Shown here: piece by piece, positions 18,908 through 28,767 of the stretch | How the letters are laid out: each line of letters begins with the position of its first letter | Numbering within the stretch: the stretch's first letter is position 1 | Source: a candidate division WOR-3 bacterium | GTDB lineage: Bacteria > Hydrothermota > Hydrothermia > LBFQ01 | Reading direction: 5' to 3' | Assembly: GCA_039802605.1 (NCBI GenBank) | Contig: JBDRWW010000001.1 | Location: 192,001-256,000, forward strand | Length of the DNA: 64,000 nucleotides | Notes under the pieces: generated by a model | Told to the model about the DNA's origin: nothing | The model's database searches: none | The model's input: only the letters and a program-made list of their open reading frames with translations | Made by a program: the position numbers and the translations under genes

Positions 18908-20491
18908 TACCAAAACCCTTTTAACCCCGTTAGAACCTTTATAGAAATAAATCCCCTTATTTTCCGGTTTTGAAACCCTCCTACCATCAACCGTATACAG
19001 AAAACCGTTTTCCTTTATTATAAATCTCTCTTTCTCCATAACGATTGTGGAAGGTTCTTTAAAGCCTATATTTGCTATCCAAGTAGTCCATAAAGAATCC
19101 GTTCCCGCCTTCGGCAATTCCGCTATAACCCATAATGAGGAATCAACGGGATCAGGAGAACCCCCAAAATAATCCCCCCACCTGTTTCTACCGGAACCGT
19201 GGTCGTTAAAGTACCAACTTAAACCCGCTTTATACACATTGTAAGGGGAAAATAGTGTATCATAACTCACCCTTGCTATGTATGTGGCGGATGGATAGTT
19301 CGTACCGGATATGCCAACCCTCGTGAAGCTTATGGCAACACCCTTAGGCGATACGCTCACAGCCGGGTATATCCAACTTATCCCGTTCTCGTATAACCTC
19401 CTATCCTCCAAAACCACACCCGTTGTATCAACCACGACAAACCTAACGGATACCAACGAGGAATTAAGGGGGTGCGCTTCGTTAAATGCGTAGTAAATCT
19501 TTCCGTTTAGATAATAAACCTGAAAGGTTGCGAGTACAACTTCAAGGTTCGGATAACCCCCTCCCTGGGGGGCATCAGGAGGGGTGGAATATGGGGAGAT
19601 CGACAGGGTTATGCATGGTGAGAGTTGGGGCGATGAAACAGGCCCGTAGATTTTATACATCCTGTTAAACCTTATCAGATAAACGGCATCGGAATAATCA
19701 TAAGTACTCCTTGAAACCCTCGGCCAAGAGGGCATACAACCCAACTCCGAATCAACAAAATCCTCCCAAGATGATAGGGTACCATTATATGCGTCGGCTT
19801 TATTTAAAACCCTAACCTTTGGGTAATACGCATAGGATGAAAAACCTATCTGTTGTGAGGATATTACTATCCACTTATCGTTAAAACCCAATTCCGGATA
19901 ATCCGCCCAGTTGTTTGTTAAGGTGTTATCATCGTATTTGGCGTTTAGTCGGTAAAAGTACCATCCCCCTAAGGGGTTATCCCCCTCCGAAACGGCCAAC
20001 AGGTAATGGGATTCCCTGCTTGAAGAGTTGTAATACAAGGCCAAAACTATCCACCTTCCGGAAATTATGTCGTAAGCTATCTTAGGGTCAAAGGGCAAAC
20101 CCCCGGAGGGTATTACGGATGAAAAAAACCCGCGAAGAGTATTGATATATTCCGTAATCCCGGTAAATTTGTTTATAAATGCGATACTCGTATTAACCAC
20201 CACACCCACATGTGTGCTACAAGCGGCGAGTTGTGGATCCGGTGGTATCCAACCCGTATAGAAAATGCCTTCAAAATCCCTTATAAGGGTATCGGATGGG
20301 TAGGGGAGAAAGTCGGGATAAGGCCCCGTTTTATTTCCAAGGGGAACTTCTGCGGATTTTTCCCAAACATTTACATTCCTAAATTCCATAACCTCCTCCG
20401 GTGTTATCGGTATGTACTCCTTTGGGGGATTTGGCATATACGCCGTTTTTATTAAAACCGTATCAATTGCCAATATAAATAATCCCATCAT
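18899..20491 (-). CDS. Secreted hypothetical protein with T9SS-like C-terminal domain
   Basis: PPDPQLAA, DYP and RWGDY motifs; C-terminus LYTVDGRRV...KGIYFYK...KRVLVL. Confidence 0.75.
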   Translation of the reverse strand: MMGLFILAIDTVLIKTAYMPNPPKEYIPITPEEVMEFRNVNVWEKSAEVPLGNKTGPYPDFLPYPSDTLIRDFEGIFYTGWIPPDPQLAACSTHVGVVVNTSIAFINKFTGITEYINTLRGFFSSVIPSGGLPFDPKIAYDIISGRWIVLALYYNSSSRESHYLLAVSEGDNPLGGWYFYRLNAKYDDNTLTNNWADYPELGFNDKWIVISSQQIGFSSYAYYPKVRVLNKADAYNGTLSSWEDFVDSELGCMPSWPRVSRSTYDYSDAVYLIRFNRMYKIYGPVSSPQLSPCITLSISPYSTPPDAPQGGGYPNLEVVLATFQVYYLNGKIYYAFNEAHPLNSSLVSVRFVVVDTTGVVLEDRRLYENGISWIYPAVSVSPKGVAISFTRVGISGTNYPSATYIARVSYDTLFSPYNVYKAGLSWYFNDHGSGRNRWGDYFGGSPDPVDSSLWVIAELPKAGTDSLWTTWIANIGFKEPSTIVMEKERFIIKENGFLYTVDGRRVSKPENKGIYFYKGSNGVKRVLVLE

Positions 20492-20501
20492 CCCATTTAT
20501 T

Positions 20502-21119
20502 CTAAGGGAGGGAGATCCTATAAATGGATACCCGGGTTTTGTATATGTCCCTTTTGTGAAAACCCATAGAACGCCTTATTTTAAAGACAACATCCCCCTT
20601 CCTTTCAAAGGAAAAACCGTAAATTTTAGACAGCTTATCCAGAAACGGGTCACTGTTTGCCCCCAAAAGTGTCCAAACAACCTTTGCGCCCCTTATGGCG
20701 CATTCAATGAACTCTCTATCCGCCCCCTTTCTCTGCATACCAAAAGGGGGATTCATAATAACGGTATCACACTTAAAGTTAAACACCCTAACATCGGCGT
20801 TAATAAAATACACCGGTAATTTCCCATAAATTTCATCGGCCAGTAAAAGGTTCCTTTTTGCAACCTTTAACGCTTCAAGGTCAATATCAACACCTACGAC
20901 AAACTTTGCACCCAATATGGCGGCCCCTATACTCAAAACACCCGTCCCGCACCCAAGATCAAAAACGACCTTACCCTTTATATCCTTATAAGCCATATTC
21001 AGAAATTTCGCCGCTATTTCCGGAGGGGTTGGGTATTGTTCCAAGCGGGGTTTCGGATTTATAAAGGTTGCAAGGGTTTGTAAGAATATTTCATCCTGTT
21101 TCCTTAACATACCCTTCAA
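20502..21119 (-). CDS. METTL5-family N6-adenine methyltransferase
   Basis: LEQYPTP, DLGCGTG and MNPPFG motifs. Confidence 0.85.
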   Translation of the reverse strand: MKGMLRKQDEIFLQTLATFINPKPRLEQYPTPPEIAAKFLNMAYKDIKGKVVFDLGCGTGVLSIGAAILGAKFVVGVDIDLEALKVAKRNLLLADEIYGKLPVYFINADVRVFNFKCDTVIMNPPFGMQRKGADREFIECAIRGAKVVWTLLGANSDPFLDKLSKIYGFSFERKGDVVFKIRRSMGFHKRDIYKTRVSIYRISLP

Positions 21120-22342
21120 GTCTTTTTATAATTCCGTAGAAACACGATAATTAGGATGAATGTGGAATAGAGAATAACGGTCCATAAAGGGATTTTGAAT
21201 TCAAGGGCTGGCAATCGTAGGTTATAAGCAAGCACAACCAAACCGTAAAGTGTATTGAAGAGAAGTTCCGCCGATTTGTCAAAGGGGTAGCCCACGAACA
21301 TTGCCAGTATTTGGGAATACATAAACAAGGTCATTATGGGAATAACCAAAAGGTTTAAAGGAGCATAAATTATTGGGGATTTCCCAAAGAAATAAAGGGA
21401 AAAGGGTGTTGAGAATATTAAGGCGCCGAAAACGGATGTTATGGTGTTTTTTGGTAATAAAATAAACCCGAGAATTGCGGAAAATGATAACCAAAAGGAT
21501 GGGGAGAATATCCAAATGGGTTCCCATAGAAGGCATAAGGCAAAGGCCAACATAAACACATTTAAGGGCTTTACGGGCCTTGATATAATCTTTGATACTG
21601 CATAAAGGGTTAGCATTAGAGACGCCCGGAAAACGGAAGGGATAAGGCCCACAAAAAACGCATAAACCCAAACGAATAGGGATGAAAGAACATAAGACCA
21701 AACCCCAAGCCTTAGAAACCTGAGAATATGCAAAATCGCCAAGAATATTATACCTACATGCAATCCGGAGATCGCAAGGATATGCCCAACACCCGTATCG
21801 TAAAACATAGTTTTTGTTTTATAATCCAATTCCCTAACACCGGTTATAACCGATTTTGCAAACAAATACTGCCTTTCAGAACCGGTTGATTTTATAAGTA
21901 ATTTATCAACGATATCAACAAATGGCCGAAAGGAGGAGAATTTGTAATATTCGGAAACATAGAGGGTATCTTTTGAAAAATTTCCTTTAACCAAAATATT
22001 TCCAACGGGATAAGCCAACTTATCACCAAACAAAACGGTTTTAAACCCTTCGCCTACAACAAACCCCTTACCGATATCATAAACTTGAACCTCGTAAAAA
22101 TCACTCCCCTTTGGTATAAGCCTCTCCCAAACCCTTATGTATCCCAAGAGGAAGCAAAGTATAATTCCAAGAACCTCTAGGGGCTTTCTTAGAAACAATG
22201 GCAATAAAACAAAGGGTAAAAGGGCGAAGCCCGTAAATTTAAAAGATATGCCCAAAAATACAAAAAACGAGCATAAGGAGGGATAGTACAAGAAAAAATT
22301 ATATGTTGGTTTGGAAAATTTCACCGACCATAGAATAAACAA
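21116..22342 (-). CDS. comEC: ComEC/Rec2 family competence protein (no beta-lactamase domain)
   Basis: GVGHILAISGLHVG, PSVFRA and SFWLSF motifs. Confidence 0.85.
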   Translation of the reverse strand: MFILWSVKFSKPTYNFFLYYPSLCSFFVFLGISFKFTGFALLPFVLLPLFLRKPLEVLGIILCFLLGYIRVWERLIPKGSDFYEVQVYDIGKGFVVGEGFKTVLFGDKLAYPVGNILVKGNFSKDTLYVSEYYKFSSFRPFVDIVDKLLIKSTGSERQYLFAKSVITGVRELDYKTKTMFYDTGVGHILAISGLHVGIIFLAILHILRFLRLGVWSYVLSSLFVWVYAFFVGLIPSVFRASLMLTLYAVSKIISRPVKPLNVFMLAFALCLLWEPIWIFSPSFWLSFSAILGFILLPKNTITSVFGALIFSTPFSLYFFGKSPIIYAPLNLLVIPIMTLFMYSQILAMFVGYPFDKSAELLFNTLYGLVVLAYNLRLPALEFKIPLWTVILYSTFILIIVFLRNYKKT

Positions 22343-22344
22343 CT

Positions 22345-22629
22345 ATGGAGATTTTGTTGAATGCGCTTGTTGTGGTTTCAATTTTGAGTTTAATATCCAT
22401 CACGGTGGCGATATGGTATTTGGTATTGAAGATTACAAAAACCCTTGAAAGCATAGACAAGAACATAGAAAAGATGGCGGACGATATGGAGAGGATTTTG
22501 AAGAATGCCGATAGCATAACGGAAAAAATTGACAACATCTTAACCCCCATTGAAAGGATAACAAAGATTACACCGATTTTGAGTTTAATTGTTAGGTTTT
22601 TCCCCTTTTTCAAAAAGGGTAAAAAATAA
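22345..22629 (+). CDS. Small membrane-anchored coiled-coil protein (DUF948-like)
   Basis: N-terminal TM helix followed by heptad repeats; ATG 8 nt after TAGAAT. Confidence 0.6.
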   Translation: MEILLNALVVVSILSLISITVAIWYLVLKITKTLESIDKNIEKMADDMERILKNADSITEKIDNILTPIERITKITPILSLIVRFFPFFKKGKK

Positions 22630-22649
22630 CGGCCTTATAATACCACCTT

Positions 22650-24305
22650 ATGAAAAGGTGTATATTTGTTTTACCGCTGTTGGCAGGCCCCTTAGGGGCA
22701 CAACTCTTCTACGCGTATCCCCAGACGGTATTCGGTCTCAGAGGGGTGTATTCCTTCCGCTTCATGCACACGGCTTTCCTGTTTGAGGACGACTTGGATA
22801 GGCTGTTCTACCCCGTTAAACTCTCGGAAATAGAGGGTGGTAGGTTCTTCTCCGCGTTGTCCAACCCCTTCGGGAACGAAAGGGCGCTTGACCCCACGGC
22901 CCCTACAAACAACCAGTTAATCTTAGGAGCAAAGACAAATGTTTTCCTAAACCTTTCTCCTTTGTATATGCAAACGGATCTAAACTTTGGAGTTTCTTCC
23001 AAATTGGACACGGTTTATTATCAAAATTGGAGTAATCCGGATAACAAGTACGCGGATAGGATAGAATTAAAGGATACCGTGTTCCAAGGTAGAGGATACG
23101 GCGAAAAGGGTTTCCTATTATCCCTAGGAAATCAAACCTTTGGCTTCCTGTTCCTCTATTCAAGCATGAATATTAAGGTTTATCCACAAAGAACGGGGGT
23201 TTTCCCATTCTCTTATGGAAATTACGCGTATGTGCGTAAAGAATACGATAACATAAACAACACCTTACAATCCTCAGATTCCGCGGTATCTTACAGAACC
23301 GTTGATACAAGTATAACACCCGTTTTGTTTGGGGTATCGCTTGGTTTCGGAGGGTTTTCCGGAATGGTTTTTGGCGGTTTTATGGGCGCAGGCGATAGGG
23401 ATACGGCAAATAGGTATGCGGAGAGAAACACAAATCCGGCAAGTCCGTTTACCGGTCAGAAATGGAATGGTGTTTTAACCGCTAACGGTAGAGCCTCAGG
23501 GCCCATATTCGGATTGCAGGGGGATTTGGCCTTCGGTTCCGAAACCTGGAAGTCCAACCTGATGTTTGCCTATGCCCTTAGATACCTTTCAAACGGAAAA
23601 GGTAAATCAAACGAGGTGAACTGGTGGGGAATATATAACGCCACTCAATACCCCACTTTTAGCACACTCGATTCTACTATCGGCGAGTACAAATATTCTT
23701 CAAATACACACGATATAACCATATATCTGAGGAATAAATATCCGGTTCACGAGCAGGTTTTGTTCGGTGCCGGATTGGCCTTAGAAATGGTGTTTGGGGG
23801 AATGAGTAGGGATTACACAAATGTTTTAAACAAAAGGATAACCTTTAACGATACCGATGGGGACGGTCTCGTTGATGCCCCCGGAGATGTTAGAACAACC
23901 AATTATACCAAATATTCTTATAAGGAGAATGTATCAACCACATCTTTTAACTACCACATACCCGTTGGCTTTGAAGTTGTACCCATAGCGAGTTGGGAGG
24001 ATGTTAAGTTAAGGCTTGGGGCACTGTATTCCCATACATCAACTACAACGACTACAAAAACCTATAATTGGAGCGTGGAGAGTAAAACTAAAACCGAAAC
24101 ATCGGGGGGAACAACGGAAACCCCAAACGATATAACCGTACCTGGTGAGAACATATCCAAGACAAAAACCTCCATATCAAACACCGCTTTCTATTACGGC
24201 GCATCCGTGGCGATAGCAAAGAGGGTTGTTATAGACTTTACCGGCTTTGGAAACGGGATATTAACACCGGCTTTTTGGAACATATCCGTTGTACTAAGGT
24301 ATTAA
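22650..24305 (+). CDS. Hypothetical outer-membrane beta-barrel protein
   Basis: Signal peptide, amphipathic beta-strands and aromatic C-terminus (WNISVVLRY). Confidence 0.65.
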   Translation: MKRCIFVLPLLAGPLGAQLFYAYPQTVFGLRGVYSFRFMHTAFLFEDDLDRLFYPVKLSEIEGGRFFSALSNPFGNERALDPTAPTNNQLILGAKTNVFLNLSPLYMQTDLNFGVSSKLDTVYYQNWSNPDNKYADRIELKDTVFQGRGYGEKGFLLSLGNQTFGFLFLYSSMNIKVYPQRTGVFPFSYGNYAYVRKEYDNINNTLQSSDSAVSYRTVDTSITPVLFGVSLGFGGFSGMVFGGFMGAGDRDTANRYAERNTNPASPFTGQKWNGVLTANGRASGPIFGLQGDLAFGSETWKSNLMFAYALRYLSNGKGKSNEVNWWGIYNATQYPTFSTLDSTIGEYKYSSNTHDITIYLRNKYPVHEQVLFGAGLALEMVFGGMSRDYTNVLNKRITFNDTDGDGLVDAPGDVRTTNYTKYSYKENVSTTSFNYHIPVGFEVVPIASWEDVKLRLGALYSHTSTTTTTKTYNWSVESKTKTETSGGTTETPNDITVPGENISKTKTSISNTAFYYGASVAIAKRVVIDFTGFGNGILTPAFWNISVVLRY

Positions 24306-24334
24306 ACATTTCACCTTTATAATACAAGGTTAGC

Positions 24335-24425
24335 GGAGAGGTGGCCGAGCGGTCTAAGGCGGCGGCTTGCTAAGCCGTTGGGGAGGGTAATACCTCCCCC
24401 GTGGGTTCAAATCCCACCCTCTCCG
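24335..24425 (+). tRNA. tRNA-Ser (GCT), CCA not encoded
   Basis: GGAGAGG/CCTCTCC acceptor stem, anticodon loop TTGCTAA, long variable arm, GGTTCAAATCC T-arm. Confidence 0.95.
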
Positions 24426-24437
24426 CTTTTTTGGGTT

Positions 24438-24707
24438 ATGGAACTTTATGAAATCTACATAGAGGTTTTTAGTACAGAGGTTATACCTTTGAGCGAATTC
24501 CTTTTGGATGTAAAAAAGGGGAAATATGGGAATTTTTCGGAAGAGGATATAAGGGCTTTTAGGTATCGGTTGGAAAACAACATTCAGGAAAGCGCGTACT
24601 TGAAGGGCGAGGAATTATCCCTAAGCGACATAGATATTGAAAGTGTTATTGAAGAAAACATAGAGGAGATTAGAAAAACCTTTTTGGAGGTCTTCGGTTG
24701 GTTGTAG
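24438..24707 (+). CDS. Hypothetical acidic protein
   Basis: ATG 12 nt after tRNA-Ser; stop overlaps the uppP start. Confidence 0.65.
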   Translation: MELYEIYIEVFSTEVIPLSEFLLDVKKGKYGNFSEEDIRAFRYRLENNIQESAYLKGEELSLSDIDIESVIEENIEEIRKTFLEVFGWL

Positions 24708-25450
24708 AAAAGATAATATTGGGTATTGTTCAAGGCATTACCGAGTTTTTACCCGTTTCAAGTTCCGGGCATCTGGTTTTTTTAAAACACATTTTTGGAT
24801 TGGAATTTAAGGGGGCATTCTATGAAACGTTTTTACATACCGCCACATTTCTTTCCGTAGTATTTGTATTGCGGGATAAAATTTTTAACCCACAAAATTT
24901 TAGAAAATATTTTCCACTTTCGGTGGTGGCCACAATACCCCTAATTCCCACCGTTTTTATAATAAAACCCCTTGAAGATACGTTTAACAACCCAAAAATT
25001 TTAGCTTTTACATTTCTCATAACCGGTGTTTTCCTGTTTTTAACCCTATTTGCACCAGAGGGGAATGAAAAACCCAATTTAAAAAATTCAATAATTATGG
25101 GTATATTTCAAACAATGGCCTTGCTGCCGGGAATTTCCAGGTCGGGGATTACAATATCTTCGGGGATATTTTCAAAAATGGAACCCGAAGAGGCCTTCAA
25201 TCTATCCTTTTGGATATTTTTACCCGCATCCCTCGGCGCCTTTGTTCTGGAAAGCAGATACATAAAAGAAATAAGCCTTAATATTTACGATTTTATCGTA
25301 TGGATAATAACATTCCTCGTTGGCGTTATATCCCTTAAAATATTAAGGCGGGTTCTTCTGGGTAAATTCTTCTGGGTTTTTTCGGTTTATACCCTATTCC
25401 TTTCCATCCTATCCTTCCTAATTTTCAACCTTAGAATTATTACACCATGA
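24698..25450 (+). CDS. uppP: Undecaprenyl-diphosphate phosphatase
   Basis: QGITEFLPVSSSGH and PGISRSG motifs. Confidence 0.95.
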   Translation: MVVEKIILGIVQGITEFLPVSSSGHLVFLKHIFGLEFKGAFYETFLHTATFLSVVFVLRDKIFNPQNFRKYFPLSVVATIPLIPTVFIIKPLEDTFNNPKILAFTFLITGVFLFLTLFAPEGNEKPNLKNSIIMGIFQTMALLPGISRSGITISSGIFSKMEPEEAFNLSFWIFLPASLGAFVLESRYIKEISLNIYDFIVWIITFLVGVISLKILRRVLLGKFFWVFSVYTLFLSILSFLIFNLRIITP

Positions 25451-25854
25451 AAAGGATTTTAGTGATATTGGCATTTGTTTTGCCTATCGTGGTATTTGCG
25501 GATAAGGGGCATAAAAAGGGGAAACCCGTTAAGGAGATAGAGGGAGTAATAAGCGGGGCGGTCTGCGGGGTTTATGGTATTGCGTGTAACCACCGGCCTG
25601 GGGAACGCGGATACGAGTTACTCGGATTGTTCAACGATAAAAGGGGATTCTTTTACTTGGCAAATGTTCCTCAGGATATTTTGGCAAAGATAAACAGGGA
25701 AGAGGTCTTAGTTGTGGGTGAGGTTTATAGGGAGAGGGCAACGATAATAGCCGAAAAAATTATAAAGGATGGGAATGTAGTGTGGCAAGCGGAGGTGAAG
25801 GAAGACAAAGCAAAGGAAGGGGAGGAAAAGGACAAAGGGAGTAAGAGTAAGTAA
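25447..25854 (+). CDS. Exported hypothetical protein
   Basis: Sec signal peptide (..VVFA); C-x6-C-N-H motif. Confidence 0.65.
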   Translation: MKRILVILAFVLPIVVFADKGHKKGKPVKEIEGVISGAVCGVYGIACNHRPGERGYELLGLFNDKRGFFYLANVPQDILAKINREEVLVVGEVYRERATIIAEKIIKDGNVVWQAEVKEDKAKEGEEKDKGSKSK

Positions 25855-25857
25855 AAA

Positions 25858-26841
25858 CTAGGGAATTATAGCATACTTAAAGCCTTTGCCATTTTTGAGG
25901 TTTTCAAAGGCTTCACCAATATCTTCCAAAGGGTAGTATCCGCTTATGAGAAATTCAAAATTTTTGTGGTTTTTCAACAAAAAATTATAAGCCTTCCTAA
26001 CGCTTATCGGCGTATGGTGAAAGGAAGTTAATATTTGTATTTCGTTGTAATGCAAAGTGTGCGGATTTAATGTTATACTAGCATTCCTTTCCAAACCCGC
26101 AAACATTAGGAAATATCCCCCTTTATTTACGAACTCGAAAAACCTGTGTATAACATCCACGCTTGCGGTTGTATCTATTACGAGGTCAAATTTTCCGGAA
26201 AGTTTATCCGCTTTACATATCCCTACACCCGTGTGTTTTGCAAATAAATTAAGCTTTTCTTCACTCCTTCCACAAACAAGGACATCCTTATCGTAGGATC
26301 TTAGTACCAAAGAAAACATTGCGGAAATTGAACCGCTACCGAGGATTAAAACGCTTTCAAACCTATCAAAGGGCAACTTTTCAAGGGCTCTCATTACGCA
26401 TGAGAGGGGTTCAATAATGGGGGCTATATGGAAGGGCAAGTATTCCGGTTTTTTAAAGAGGTTTATCTTTACAACATTTTCCGGTATGAGTAGGTATTCG
26501 GCATATGCCCCCAAAACCATGTTTTTAAATAGGTTCTCACATAAGTTAAACCTATTTTTCACACATTGAGTGCACTTAAAACAAGGCGCCGTATTTACCC
26601 CAAAAACCTCATCTCCCACTTCAAAACCCACAACCCCCTCACCCACACTATGAACCACCCCGGAATATTCGTGCCCAAATGGTCCACGTCTTAATATCGG
26701 ATGTCCCCTTAAAACCGCTTTTAAATCCGTCCCATCCGTTAGGGCCGCCTTTACCTTTATAACCAACTCACCATAAGAGGGTTGTGGCTCCGGAACCTCC
26801 AAAACTTCTAAACCCTTATCCGTTAAATATGCGGCCTTCAA
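25858..26841 (-). CDS. Zinc-dependent medium-chain dehydrogenase (threonine/sorbitol dehydrogenase-like)
   Basis: GHEYSG, CxxCxxC-x7-C and EPLSC motifs. Confidence 0.88.
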   Translation of the reverse strand: MKAAYLTDKGLEVLEVPEPQPSYGELVIKVKAALTDGTDLKAVLRGHPILRRGPFGHEYSGVVHSVGEGVVGFEVGDEVFGVNTAPCFKCTQCVKNRFNLCENLFKNMVLGAYAEYLLIPENVVKINLFKKPEYLPFHIAPIIEPLSCVMRALEKLPFDRFESVLILGSGSISAMFSLVLRSYDKDVLVCGRSEEKLNLFAKHTGVGICKADKLSGKFDLVIDTTASVDVIHRFFEFVNKGGYFLMFAGLERNASITLNPHTLHYNEIQILTSFHHTPISVRKAYNFLLKNHKNFEFLISGYYPLEDIGEAFENLKNGKGFKYAIIP

Positions 26842-26880
26842 GCCGATATTCTAAATCCGACAACCTTAAAATATATTATT

Positions 26881-27078
26881 GTGCGTAGGGAATTGGTTTG
26901 GAGGGGTCTTGATAAAGTATATAGATATTTGGGTTATGTCCTATTAGGGGTTGAGTTCTTAACGGATAATTTGATAAAGATACATATACTAACGCCGAGA
27001 TGGACGATAAAGGAGTTAATAGCGATAGTGGAATTTAAGGGGGAATTTGCCTTTAAGGTAAAAATACTAAAACAATGA
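26881..27078 (+). CDS. Small hypothetical protein
   Basis: GTG start 8 nt after TAAAAT; ORF fills the intergenic gap. Confidence 0.55.
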   Translation: MRRELVWRGLDKVYRYLGYVLLGVEFLTDNLIKIHILTPRWTIKELIAIVEFKGEFAFKVKILKQ

Positions 27079-27099
27079 TTCTGCCTTAGAATACTCTCT

Positions 27100-27573
27100 A
27101 TGACGGAATTAAAAGTTGAAAAGGGTAAATATGTTAAGTTTGAATACGAGTTGTATTTGGCGGATAACGATCAACTCGTGGATGCGGGTGTTGTTGATTA
27201 TTGCCACGGCAACGGCGAGATATTTCCAAAGTTGGAACGGGCATTGGAAGGTGCTTCCGTTGGGGATATTCTGGATATAACCCTTTCCCCACAAGATGCG
27301 TTTGGGGAGTTTGATAGGGAACTCGTTAAGGAGATACCGCTGGATTATTTTGAGGATAAGGATGTTAAGCCCGGGCAAATTTTAAGGGCACAAACGGTTG
27401 ATGGTACGGTTTTTCAATTTACGGTTCTTGATGTTAAGGATAACATCGTATATGCGGATTTTAATCATCCATTAGCGGGTGAAACGGTTAGGTTTAAGAT
27501 AAGGATTTTGGAAATAAACGATGAAAAACCGGAAGGCGGATGTTGTTGCGGAGGAGGTTGCGGTTGCTCGTAA
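27100..27573 (+). CDS. slyD: FKBP-type peptidyl-prolyl isomerase SlyD with Cys-rich tail
   Basis: DFNHPLAG motif; C-terminus GGCCCGGGCGCS. Confidence 0.92.
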   Translation: MTELKVEKGKYVKFEYELYLADNDQLVDAGVVDYCHGNGEIFPKLERALEGASVGDILDITLSPQDAFGEFDRELVKEIPLDYFEDKDVKPGQILRAQTVDGTVFQFTVLDVKDNIVYADFNHPLAGETVRFKIRILEINDEKPEGGCCCGGGCGCS

Positions 27574-28765
27574 AATAAGGCTGGAATTCCCATCGCTTAA
27601 AGAAAACGCGGTATATCTTGATTCCGGTGCTACCTCTTTAAAACCAAAAACGGTTATAGATGCCGTAAGGAAATACGAAGAGGAATTTCCGGCCAATGTG
27701 CATAGGGGGGCATACCCTTGGGCGGAAAGGGCTACGGAGGAGTATGAAAATGCGAGGAAAAAAGTTGCAAAACTTATAAACGCAAAGCCCGAAGAGGTTG
27801 TATTTACAAAAAATTGTACGGAAGCCCTGAACCTAGCGGCAAAGATTCTATCCGAATATGTTAAAGAAGGGGATAGGATAGTTGTAAGTATCCTTGAACA
27901 CCACGCGAATTTTTTGCCCTGGATGAGGTTGGCTAGGGAAAAGGGAGCGGAGTTTGTCGTGGTGGATATTACCCCCGAAGGTTTTCTGGATTTGGAAGAC
28001 CTCAAAAGGAAAATAACCCAAAACACAAAAATCGTAGCCATAACAATGGCTTCAAATGTATTGGGTACCATTCCCCCCATAAAAGAAGTGGTTAAACTCG
28101 CGAAGGATGTCGGGGCCTATGTTGTCCTCGATGGCGCTCAATACCTTCCACATCATCCCGTCAATGTGGGGAGCATAGGCGCGGATTTTGTGGGGTTTGC
28201 CGGGCATAAGATTTTTGGGCCATCCGGAACGGGTTTCCTTTGGGGTAAGTTGGAATTGCTTGAAAAGGGGGAACCTTTATTGGTTGGCGGTAGTATGATA
28301 AAGGAGGTTTATATAGACGATTATATAATGGCTGAAAGTCCGACAAGATACGAATCCGGAACGCCCAATATAGGAGGCGTGATAGGCTTGGGTGCGGCGG
28401 TTGATTTCATAAATTCCATAGGATACGATTTCATGGAAAGGTATGAAGCCAAACTCGTGGAATACCTTTACAACTCCCTTAAAAGCGTTAAAGGGGTTGA
28501 GGTTTATGGCCCAGAACCAAAGTACAGGACATCATTGGTTGCCTTTAATGTTAAGGGGATACACCCCCATGATGTGGCCTGGTATTTGGGTTTGGAGGGA
28601 ATAATGGTTAGATCGGGGGGGCATTGCGCCCACCCCTTACACCAAAGGTTAAAGATCCCCCACCACCAAAGCGTAAGGGCGAGTTTATCCGTTTTTAATA
28701 CGACGGAAGACATAGACAAACTTATTGAGGGTATTTTGAAGGCCAAAAAGGCCTTTAAAGTTTAA
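27521..28765 (+). CDS. sufS: SufS-family cysteine desulfurase (start uncertain)
   Basis: YLDSGAT, EHHAN, DGAQ, AGHK and RSGGHCA motifs. Confidence 0.92.
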   Translation: MKNRKADVVAEEVAVARKIRLEFPSLKENAVYLDSGATSLKPKTVIDAVRKYEEEFPANVHRGAYPWAERATEEYENARKKVAKLINAKPEEVVFTKNCTEALNLAAKILSEYVKEGDRIVVSILEHHANFLPWMRLAREKGAEFVVVDITPEGFLDLEDLKRKITQNTKIVAITMASNVLGTIPPIKEVVKLAKDVGAYVVLDGAQYLPHHPVNVGSIGADFVGFAGHKIFGPSGTGFLWGKLELLEKGEPLLVGGSMIKEVYIDDYIMAESPTRYESGTPNIGGVIGLGAAVDFINSIGYDFMERYEAKLVEYLYNSLKSVKGVEVYGPEPKYRTSLVAFNVKGIHPHDVAWYLGLEGIMVRSGGHCAHPLHQRLKIPHHQSVRASLSVFNTTEDIDKLIEGILKAKKAFKV

Positions 28766-28767
28766 GC

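Noticed and set aside
24378..24437. ORF-track N-terminal extension of the 24438 gene
   Set aside because: It lies within tRNA-Ser and its spacer.
27472..28080. 202-aa minus-strand ORF
   Set aside because: Antisense to sufS.
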